NCBI GenBank assembly: GCA_002104945.1
Contig: MCFH01000033.1
Location: forward strand, 434,001-498,000
Reading direction: 5' to 3'
DNA: 64,000 nucleotides
Source of the DNA: Piromyces finnis finn
Taxonomy: Eukaryota; Fungi; Neocallimastigomycota
Of this stretch, positions 28,237 to 40,200 are shown in pieces. The first letter of the stretch is position 1, and every line of letters starts with the position of its first letter. Both the position numbers and the translations under genes were made by a program. Under the pieces are notes generated by a model. It was not told where the DNA came from. It made no database searches and worked only from the letters and a program-made list of their open reading frames with translations.

Positions 28237-31200
28237 TTCCGAGTGCATTTCTCCCATCGATCAGAGTTAGCTCCAATGGTGGTTCTTAGAGAAACGTTGG
28301 CTCATTCCTATTGCTAGGTGGTTGTGACCCTCCTGGTCTGTCATACTGTTTCTTCAGCTTCGACGCTCACTTAATCCATGTACATTAGATGCATGTCGTT
28401 GTACGATATTTCACAACTACAATGCTAAGCCTCTTATAGTCAATTTGATCACGTGTCAACCGCCCCCTAATGTTTACACTTAAATTGATTAAGGAATATT
28501 ATGTGTTTTTGGCATAGCCTAAGTCACCACTTATTAAGTTCTAATTTGGAATGTACCATGTACACTAGACCCTCTCAGGCCGGCTAGACGAGTGTTATTA
28601 TCATAGTAGTAAATTAGAAAGTTCATTTATACTTACCTGAATATCATAACCCAACCCATGGCAAACCCAGTGGGAAAATCCACAGGCACTGACATCTGCG
28701 GGGTCGAACCAGAAGCCTTATGTATGCTAAGGAAACGCCTTAACAACCAGGATAAAAACTGGAACGACGGTGGTCGACAATCTCTTTTTGGAATTACATC
28801 TCCTTTGAATCTTCGCTACAAAGATCATCTCTGTCGAACACAATTCTATGTAACTGATCTACTGTAATGTTGAACACTGAAAGAATAGATTAGGATATCT
28901 ATTCTATTACAATAACACAAAAATTTGAAAAAATAAAATAAAAAATTGTTTTATAAAATATCTTTTATTATAATAGAATTTTAATAATAACAATTACATC
29001 GATAAAATGATGAAAAATATCTTCTATTTATATTTTTCCTAAATACATTTATATTATATTATAACTATTTATTTCTTATATATTATTATTTAAAATCTAC
29101 ACTAAAATCTTAATTATTAATAAATATTTAAACTATAACTATTTTTAGTAAAATACAATTGGCAATTCAAATTAAGTACTATTCAATTTGAATATGTGCC
29201 CATGTATTATTGATATATTAATCATTTATTATTTATTTATTTCTATGAAAAAACAATACTAAAACTAGGGATTTAAATTGAGAATATTAATTTACTTGTT
29301 AAACATTAAAAATAAACTAATAATTTATTTTGTTTTAAACTTTAATTATTAATAAATAAATTATGTCTCATTTTCTTTTTCTGAATATAATTTGTGTAAC
29401 TTAAACAATAATACTTGTGGCTTAAGTTACATTAAAGATATCAAACAGAGGCGTTTGATATCTTTACATCTACCTTATTATCCTTGTATTCTTGGAATAG
29501 ACTGGCTTAAAGAACACAATCCTTCTATCGATTTCACAAAGAACAAAATTTCATTTGTATCCGATTACTGTTATAATCGTTGTATAACACTCTCCAATAA
29601 TGTCCCTGAATTTCCTGAAGAAAGATCTGCTTTTCCTGCAATGGAAGATCCTTCCTACGAACCTCCGCATGATTCATTCGCTTACCCTATATTTGTCGAT
29701 AAACAAAACATCCAATCTCAAAACGAAACTAATCGTACTTGTACTATTCTCTGTTCGGGTTCTTCAAAAAATATTAACAATTCTGTTTCTAAGAAGTCTT
29801 CTGTTAACTTTTCTACTTCGTCTCTCTCAAATCAAGAACCAACTTCTGTTTTGACTTCTTTTTCTGATTCTAATATTCAATCCAATTCTATTCTCAAATC
29901 CGATTCAAACTCTAAATCTGAACCCAATTCTTCTATTATACTTCCGGATGTTCTCTCTGACTTTGCTGATGTCTTCAATGAATCTAATGCTGAAAAACTT
30001 CCTCCACACCGTCCATACGATTGTGAAATAAAACTCAAAGAAAATTCAAAACTGTTTTATGGACCGATTTATCCCTTAACAGAAACCGAATCAATTGCTT
30101 TAGAAGAATATATAAAAGAAAATCTCAAGAAAGGATTTATTAGAAAATCAAAATCGCCTGCGGGAGCTCCTATTCTGTTTGTACCTAAGAAAAACGATCA
30201 ACTTCATATGTGTGTTGACTATCGCCAATTAAACTCCATAACTATTCGTGATTCTTATCCCCTTCCTCTTATACAAGATATGCTTGAACATCTTGGAAAA
30301 GGGAAGATTTTCTCAAAATTGGATCTTCGTTCTGCCTATAACTTGGTCAGGATTAAAAGTGGTGATGAATATAAAACCGCTTTTACTTGCAAGTTAGGTC
30401 ATTTTGAATACTGTGTGATGCCTTTTGGGTTGAAAAATGCACCTGCTGTTTTTCAACATTTCATTAATGATGTTCTTGAAGACGTTCTTGGTAAATTCGC
30501 TTTCTCTTACATAGATGATATTATTATTTTTTCCTCTGATTATAAATCTCATATATCTCATGTCAAAACTGTTTTGAAACACCTGAGGGATGCTGGGCTC
30601 TATGCTAAATTGGAAAAATGCGAGTTCTTTGTTTCTTTTATTGATTTCCTTGGTCATAGGATTTCTACTGATGGTATTCACATGGACCCAAATAAAGTTT
30701 CTTCTATTTTAAACTGGCCTACTCCATCTAATGTTAAAGAGGTTCAATCTTTTCTTGGTCTTGCGAACTACTACCGTCGATTTATTCCAAATTTTGCAAA
30801 GATCGCTCATCCTTTGCATAAACTTTTGAAGAAAAATGTTAAATTTGTATGGTCTAAAGAAGCTCAAGATGCTTTCGATTCACTCAAGTCCTTATTTGTT
30901 TCTGCTCCTGTTCTTATATTTCCTAATCGTGAACTTCCATTCATAGTCGAAACTGATTCAAGTAACTTTGCCATTGGTGCTATTCTCTCGCAAGTCTCTC
31001 CAATTGATAATATGACCCATCCAGTTGCTTTCTTTTCTCGCTCTCTTACTGGTCCTGAACGTAATTATCCAATATATGATAAAGAGCTCTTAGCTATCGT
31101 TGCTGCTCTTGAAACATGGCGTCATCTACTTAAAGGCTCTTCTTCTACTTTTAAGATTTACTCGGATCATCGAAATTTACTCTATCAAAAGAAACCTGAA

Positions 31201-34200
31201 AAAATGTCTCAACGTCTTGTTCGCTGGGCTTTGTTTCTCTCTGAATTTAACTTTGTTATTATTTATCGTTCTGGTTCTTCTAACGGTAAGCCTGATGCTC
31301 TATCTCGTCGTCCTGATTATGCTATCAATTCGAATTCTTCTTCTGATGTTCCTTTTAATGTTCTTCGCCCTGAAAATTTTTGTGCCATTGTAACTTCTGT
31401 TTCGTCCATTAGTAATTCTTTTCTTTCCGAATATATAAATGATGACTTTTACAATAAAATCTGTGAATATCTTGATTGTAGGAAACCTCCAATACCTCAT
31501 CCTCAAATTGACAAATTTTCCTTAAGCAATAGTTTTCTCCTTTTTACTGACAGAATCTATGTTCCTCCAAATTGTCGTCTTTCAATTCTAAAGCTCTGTC
31601 ATGACTCTCCTTCAGCTGGTCATTTCGGAATAAAGAAAACATCTTCTCTTATTGCTAGAGACTTCTGGTGGCCTTCTATTTCTTCTGATGTTAAAGACTA
31701 CGTTCGTTCTTGTGAAGTTTGTTGTCGTTCAAAAACCTTTCGTCATAAACCTTATGGTCTTCTGAATCCTCTTGATATTGCTGAGCGTCCTTGGTCATCC
31801 ATTTCAATGGATTTCATTACAGATTTGCCTTCATCTTCTGGTTTCACTTGCATTCTTGTTGTTGTTGATCGTCTTACAAAAATGGTTCATCTCATTCCGT
31901 TCAAAAGTATTCCTTCCGCCGCCGAAACAGCCACAGCCTTTATTGATAATATTTTCCGTCTTCATGGCCTACCTGAATCTATTGTCTCGGATAGAGGTTC
32001 TCAATTTACCTCTAAATTCTTCCAATCCATCTGTTCCTCCCTTGGCATTGAACTTAAGTTGTCTACTCCATTTCATCATCAATCAAACGGTCAGACGGAG
32101 AGGGTGAACTCCGTTATAGAACAATATTTAAGATGTTTCTCAAATTATAAAGGTTCAAATTGGAAAAGTTTTCTTAGTCTTGCAGAATTTAGTTATAACA
32201 ACGTGGTTCAAGAATCATCCAAATTTTCTCCATTCTTTTTGAATTACGGCTTTCATCCAAAATATTCACCAGTTATTCCAGACTTATCTAAAGTCCCAAG
32301 AGCAGAAGAGTTTACAAGAGATTTTAAAACTTTAATTAATACCTTAAAAGAAAATTTAAAATCTGCCATGGAAACCCAGAAGAAGCATGCTGACAAACGT
32401 AGAAAAGAAGCTCCGAATTTTAAAGTTGGTGACAAAGTTTGGCTGGATAGTTCTTTAATTATCCACAAAGGAAATAAAAAATTTAAGCCAAGAAAACTCG
32501 GCCCATACAAAATCTTGGAAAAAATATCAAATGTTACATTTAAATTAAGTCTCCCAAAATCTATTAAGATTCATCCAGTTATTCATGTATCCAATCTCGA
32601 GAAATATGTCGAAGATAAATTTGGAAGATCTCAACCACCACCGCCACCTATTACCGTTGACAATGAAGAAGAATACGAAGTTGAAGAAATTCTGGATAAA
32701 AGAAGACATTACGGAAAAATACAATACCTAATTAAATGGAAAGGGTATTCAATCAATGAAGCTTCGTGGGAGCCTGAAGAAAATCTAAATTGCAAGGGGC
32801 TACTTAAAAAATTTAATAGAAAGAAATAAAAAATAGTTAAAAAATTCAAATTATATTTATTATTAATATTAAAATCACAATTATTATTATTATCAAAACT
32901 TATTAATATCATTATCAATATCAATTTTATTATTAAACAATTTATTAATATCAAATTTATCAATATTTTATTTTTAACTTTAGTAATATTAAAAAAAAAA
33001 AAAATGTATTTTATTATATTAAATGTATTTTTATAATTAAGAAAATTCACTCCTTAGTTTAGTTTATTAAAAAAGAAAAACATATATTTAAATATTAAAA
33101 TTCTAGATTCGTCTGGTATCCGAATCCTGGAGGAGGACCATGTAACGAATACTAGAAATAACTAAATTGTCTTAGTGGTTAGTAGCTAAGACTTTGAGTC
33201 TGAATGACACTAGTTCGAGACCTCATAGATACTATTTTAAAAAAATTATAATTTTATTTTATTTTATTTTATTTTTAAATTTTATTTTATATGAAGATTA
33301 TTGATTGGTTAAGAATTTTAAGTTGAAAAATTTTATAAATTAATTTAAAAAATTTTTAGTATAAATACGAGTGAATTTTCCCAAATATTTTAAAGAATCG
33401 AGATTTTATTAATAAATAATTATATTATTAAACACTAACTTATTAAGTTAAATTCTATGTGTTTTTAATGATATTTTTATAAATTAATAATTTACAGAAT
33501 ATTTTAAAGTGTTAATATTACTAAGTTATTTAGTAAATATTATAATTTGTTTTATTGTTAAAGACACATTTCTTTACACCCTGATAGATTTGTTAATGAT
33601 GAGGCAAGAGTTCGATTCTTAATATCTTACTTTGTCAATAGACCTTTAGAATGGGCCGCTCGTTTAAGACAAAATAACGACGCCGTTCTAAGAAACTATG
33701 ATCAGTTTATTGCTGCTCTTCGTACCAATTTCGGGGATCCGAATAATGATACGATTGTTGCAAATGGAAGACTTTGCAACATTAAACAAAGAAAATTTGG
33801 CAAGGTGTTCGAATACATTAACGAATTCCAACGCGTTAGCCAAAATTCGAATTTTAATGAAGCAGCTAAAATATACATGTTCACAAAGGGATTACATCCG
33901 AAAATGCGTGAACATTTAGCTGTAGTGAATCCAAATCCCTCTCAATTAGAGCGTCTTTATTCTGATGTCCTTAGTATTGAAAATCTTACTAAGAGAAATG
34001 ATATCAGTGAATATTACATGACGCATCAAGACCGAAGAAATTATAACCAAAATGATCCTATGGATGTGGATTTATATAGGATCAGTTTAGGTCAAAGAAA
34101 GGTTAATTACTTCCCTCCTCATAGAAGTAATTATGACGAAAATAAAATAAATCGCACTGAGGCTAAGAAGAATGGAGTTTGCTTTACTTGTGGAAAGTCT

Positions 34201-37200
34201 GGACACTTTCAATTCAATTGTCCAAACAAAAAGAAACCAAAAAATGTAAAAATTATCAAGAGATGCTATTCAGAAGACGAAGCTAGCCCTTCAATCAAGA
34301 AAATTAAAAAGGATAATCTTAATTCCAAGGGAACTTCAAACATATTCGAAATTCATAAAGGTGAAAAGAAAAATATTATTGATTTTTATATCAAAACCAA
34401 TGATATTGATGAAGTCAAAGCTAAGGTACTTATTGATTCTGGTTCCGATCTTAATTTCATCCACCCCGAGTTCGCCCGAATCAATAATATTAAACTTTCA
34501 AATATTGCTGAATCTTTCAAGGTTTCTGGTTTAGGGCAAGGTACATCTACCGTGAAAAAGGAATCCGAAAAGTGCATCCTTCGTTTGAGAAATCATTACG
34601 AAGTCATTCAATTATATGCACTTAGAATTCCTGAAGTTGATATAATTCTTGGTGTACCTTGGATTGAAAAACATTGCCCTGTTTACTACCACGATTCTTC
34701 CAAAATTGCATTTAGCTCTACATACTGTGCCAGACATTGTAATGTGGGAAGAAGAAAGAACAAGAGTAGCACAAAGGAAACCAAGAAAGAAAAAATATCA
34801 TCAAGAAAAGGAAAAGAAGTTATTCAAGATGATGAAGATGATCAATCCTCTTATAGTGAACTTGGTTCATACAATCATTATGAATACTCTTATAGCGACT
34901 CCAGTGATGATGAAGAAACTTTAAGTATTAGAGGCCGTAGAACCTCCGTCAAAACCATTAGTAACCTAGATAGTTTTAATAAAATTAAATTTAGTAATAG
35001 TTTAAATAATGATAATAATTGTAATTTTAAATGTATATGTAATAACATTAATTGTATTGATGAAAATTTAAATAAAGATAATAATTCGGTCACTGGACCA
35101 AAACAGTACTCATTTTCAAAAAACGTGTGTAATAATAATAATTCTCGTGTATTAAATTCAGTTAGTAACTGTTATGATTTATTTTGTAATATTATTAATA
35201 AATGTAAAAGTGAAAGTGATAATTTGAATAAAGATAAAAAATCTATTGAAATTCCAAAACAATATTTATTATTTAAAGAGGTTTTTAATGAAAAGAATTG
35301 TAATATTTTACCTCCACATCGTGAATACGATTGTGAAATCCGATTAAAGGATAATGCTAACTTGTTTTATGGTCCTCTTTATCCTTTAACTGAGGCAGAG
35401 AGAGATGAATTAAAAAATTATATCAATGAAAATTTAGAAAAAGGTTTCATTAGGAAATCTTCATCTCCTGCCGGAGCACCAGTTTTATTTGTCAAAAAGA
35501 AAGATGGGTCATTAAGACTTTGCGTTGATTATAGGAAACTTAATGACATGACAATTAGAAATTCATATCCTCTTCCGTTAATTGGTGACTTATTGGATAG
35601 AGTGAAAGGTGCAAAATACTTTACTAAGTTGGACTTAAAGTCTGCTTATAATTTAGTTAGAATCAAAGAGGGTGATGAATACAAAACTGCCTTTAGAACA
35701 AGATATGGGCATTTTGAATATCTCGTCATGCCTTTTGGTTTAAAGAATGCACCAGCTACGTTTCAACATTTCATAAATGATGTCCTTAGTGATTATTTAG
35801 ATGATTTTGCTATATCATATATTGATGATATTCTAATATATTCAAATAGCCTAGAAGAACATCATGAACATGTTAAAAAAGTATTGAAAAAATTATTAGA
35901 AAATAATTTATATGTTAAGTTAGAGAAGTGTGAGTTTGATGTTTCAGAAACCACTTTCCTTGGTTATGTATTATCCAAAGATGGTCTGAAAATGGATAGA
36001 GATAAAGTTAAAGCTATCCTCGACTGGCCTGTTCCTACAAACGTTAAAGAAGTTCAATCCTTTATTGGATTATGTAATTATTTGTAACGAATCTATTAGA
36101 TAATTAATATTGTCTTAATGGTTAGTATTTAAGACATTAATCTGGATCACTCGGGTTCGACTCACACCTTGATCCGAAATCTATTTTAGATTATTTATTT
36201 AACAATTTAATTTACGACTCATAGAAACTTATAGAACTTATTCGAAAAAGAATAAGTTCGAATATTCGAAAAATCAAATATTTTTTGTAATTTTATCACG
36301 GGATTCATCTTATGCAATTTTTAATTAATTTAAAGAACAATCTAGAAAGATAATTAAAATTTTTGATTTAGCCACATCAGATTTAGAAAAAGTATAAATA
36401 GAAGTGGTTTGAATCGAAAATTAAAAAAATTGTGTTTTTATTAACTATTAACTTTTAACTTTTAAATTTTAAAAAAAAAAAAATATTTATTATTAAAAAA
36501 TAATTTAAATAAAAAATAATTAAAAATTTTAATAAATAAAATTAATTGACTTATTGGGATCAAAATTATTATCTATATAAAGTTTATTAATTACCACATT
36601 ATTAAATACTTATATAGATACGCGTTACAATAAAAACACCAGTTGTAACATATTCCCTTTACCTTAATTAATTTGTTTATTTTTCCTACCTATTATAGTG
36701 TCTACCCTTGGTTTAAATATCCACTTGTATATTAGTATCTACCTGACTTTTGTACTTTTCTGTTTTGCTACTTTAGATACTACTTCTGTTTACTCCTTTA
36801 TTTTTTCTCTAGGCAATAGACACTACCTTTGTATATTGTTTTACAACTCTTTTGGACTCTCTTGGACTCTTGGACTCTTGGACTCTCTCGGACTCTTTTG
36901 GACTCTTTTGGACTCTCTTGGATATATTATACGATTAAATTGAATTAAAATTAGATATTTTCAATAAAATAAAGAATATGGATGAAGAATTGATGAACCA
37001 TGCTACGTTGAAGGATGGTTTCGCTGGAAATCGTCGTTTCTTTAAGGGTTTTCTCGCCAAAATAGAATTAATCTTTATGGTCTACCCAGAGCGCTACGCG
37101 GATGACGAAGCAAAAATCGTCTATATTATTTCAAGACTATATGGTGAAGCCTTGAATTGGGCTGCATCATTAATTCACAACCATGACGAATGCCTATTAA

Positions 37201-40200
37201 ATTATGACTCATTTGTTGCAAAGCTTAAATCTGTGTTTGGCAACAACGACTCAACATTTGTGGCTAATCAAAAGCTTCGAACTATAAAGCAAAGGAAAAT
37301 CGGAGAAATTCAAAAATATATTCTTGAATTTAACCGATACTCTGATGACTCCTCTTGGAACGAAAGTGCAAAAATGGACGCCTTCTTAGCTGGACTACAA
37401 GATCAAGTCGCCAATAGAATTTTAGAAATGTTTCCCGGTCCACAAACGCTACTAAATTTACAAGTTATAGCATCAAGAATCGATTCTAGAATCGATACTA
37501 ATAGAAGATTTTTCAACAACAATCACTCTAATAGCACCAATCAAAACCGAAGAACTGAAGCAAATAGAAAACCTTTCACTTCGAGAAATAAGAAAACTTA
37601 CGGACCGCTTACCTCAGAAGAAAAGGCTAGAAGAATTAAGGAGAATCTCTGTTTATATTGTGGTTCTCCAGATCACAAGTTAAACAACTGTCCAAAAAGA
37701 AGTAAAAATGAAAAAACAGCTGGGACTCATATTTCTAATTCTATGCCTGAAAAGAAACCTAGAATAAGATTCTCCGATAATCCCCATTTGAAACAACCAG
37801 TTTTTGAGTTCCAACTCAATACTTCCGACGTCTCCGTTAACACTAAACTACTAATTGATTCAGGATCCCAACTTAACCTAATAGATGTGGTCTTTGCAGA
37901 AGAAAACAACATTCCTTTTGATAAATCCGTCTCTCTCGACAAAATCTCTGGTATTGGTGGGGAACAACTAGTTTTAGGTAAATCCATCCCAATTTCAATT
38001 AAATACAAAAACCACCAATGTAAAACTATATTTTATATTGTAGACCTCCCGGGATATTGTGGTATCTTAGGTGCTGAATGGTTACATCAGCACAACCCTA
38101 TTATTAACTTCGTTGAAAAAGAATTATCTTTTAATTCAAATTTCTGTTTGTCACATTGCTCTGTCATTCCAAATGTTGCCCCTACTTATGTTATTTCTTC
38201 TATTTCTAATGATTCCAAACCTTCTTGTAGCACTTCAACCAATTCTTATATCCATGATTCTGTAACAAATCTTCCAAAAAGTCAAGATTCCACCACTAAC
38301 ACTTCTAGTAATCAAGAAGTTATTCTACCCGCTGAACTTCAAGCCTTTGAAGATGTATTTAATGAAAAAGCCGCTGAACAATTGCCGCCACATAGGCAAT
38401 ACGATTGTGAAATCCGTCTTAAGCCGGACTCCAAACTTTTCTATGGACCAATTTATCCTTTAACGGATAAAGAATCAATGGTATTGAAGGAATACATTGA
38501 TGAAAATTTGCGAAAAGGTTTCATCAGACCTTCGAAGTCTCCGGCTGGTGCCCCAGTGCTTTTTGTCCCGAAGAAAAATGGTGAACTACGTCTATGTCAA
38601 GATTATAGGAAATTAAACGAAATCACAATCCGTGATTCATACCCTTTACCATTAATTAATGACATGTTGGAACATCTAGGTAAAAGCAACATCTTCTCCA
38701 AACTTGATTTAAGATCCGCTTATAATCTTGTGAGGATCAAAGAAGGTGATGAATTCAAAACTGCTTTTACTTGCAAATATGGACACTTTGAATATACTGT
38801 AATGCCGTTTGGTTTGAAAAACGCACCTGCAGTATTTCAACATTTCGTTAATGATGTGCTTGAGGGAATCTTGGGAATATTTGTCTTTAGTTATATTGAT
38901 GACTTAATAATTTTCTCGGAAAATTTTAAAACCCATGTAATCCAGGTTAAAGAAGTACTTAAAAGACTTAGAAAAGCGGGACTTTACGCAAAACTTGAAA
39001 AATGTGAGTTCTTTGTCCCATTTATCGATTTCTTAGGTCATCGTATATCTTCTGAAGGTATTTTAATGGATCCAAAGAAAATTGCATCTATCTTGGAATG
39101 GCCAACTCCTAAAAGCGTTAAAGAGGTTCAAGCGTTTCTTGGGTTAGCTAATTATTATAGAAGATTCATTGCCGGTTTTGCTGAGATCGCACAACCACTG
39201 AATGCGTTACTTAAGAAGGATGTTAAATTCTGCTTCTCTCATCAGTGTGAAAATTCTTTTAGTTTAATCAAATCCAAATTTGCTTCTTCCCCTGTTCTTG
39301 CATACCCGAATCGTGATATACCTTTCATAGTTGAAACGGATGCAAGTAATTTCGCTATAGGAGCAATCCTTTCACAAACGAATCCAAAAGACAAGTCGGT
39401 TCATCCAGTGGCATTTTTCTCTAGATCGCTTAGTTCTTCTGAAAGGAACTATCCGATCTACGATAAAGAACTTTTAGCAATTGTAGCTGCTTTAGAAACT
39501 TGGCGACATCTACTCAAAGGAACTACTCAGCCTTTCAAGATTTTCTCGGATCATAGAAATTTGCTCTACCAGAAGAAACCCGAAAAAATGACTCAAAGAT
39601 TAGTTCGTTGGTCTCTGTTCCTTGCCGAGTTTAACTTTATCATCGTTTATCGGTCGGGTTCTGCTAATGGTAAACCTGACGCTTTATCTAGAAGACCAGA
39701 TTACTTAGAAAATTTTAAGTATAACAATGACATTCCAAATTCCGTCCTTAGACCCGAAAACTTTTGTGCCATGGTTCTGGATAACAATCCCCTTATGGAT
39801 AAAATCATTTCAAATAGCAAAGATGATAAATTTTACTTTGAAGTATGCAAATATTTAGAAACTCAAATTCCCCCAGTCCCTCATTCGCAAATCGAAAACT
39901 TTAAAATTCAAGATGGAGTATTATTATTCAATAATAGGATCTATGTCCCCCAAGATTGTCGTTTGGAAGTTCTTAAAATTTGCCATGACTCACCCTCCGC
40001 TGGACACTTCGGATTAAAGAAAACTACTTCCCTTATTGTTCGTGACTTTTGGTGGCCTTATCTCTCAGTCGATGTCAAAGAATATGTTAGGTCTTGCGAA
40101 ATATGTTGCCGATCAAAGGATTCTCGACACAAACCCTATGGATTTCTCTCCCCTTTGGAAATTGCTGAACGTCCTTGGTCTTCCTTATCTATGGACTTTA

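Larger units (their letters stand above)
25886..33578 (+). mobile_element. Chromovirus E, inside C gag
   Basis: LTRs 25886-26295 and 33141-33578 (identical by eye except a 28-bp AT indel); TSD CCCTG; PPT GGAGGAGGACCA. Confidence 0.96.
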
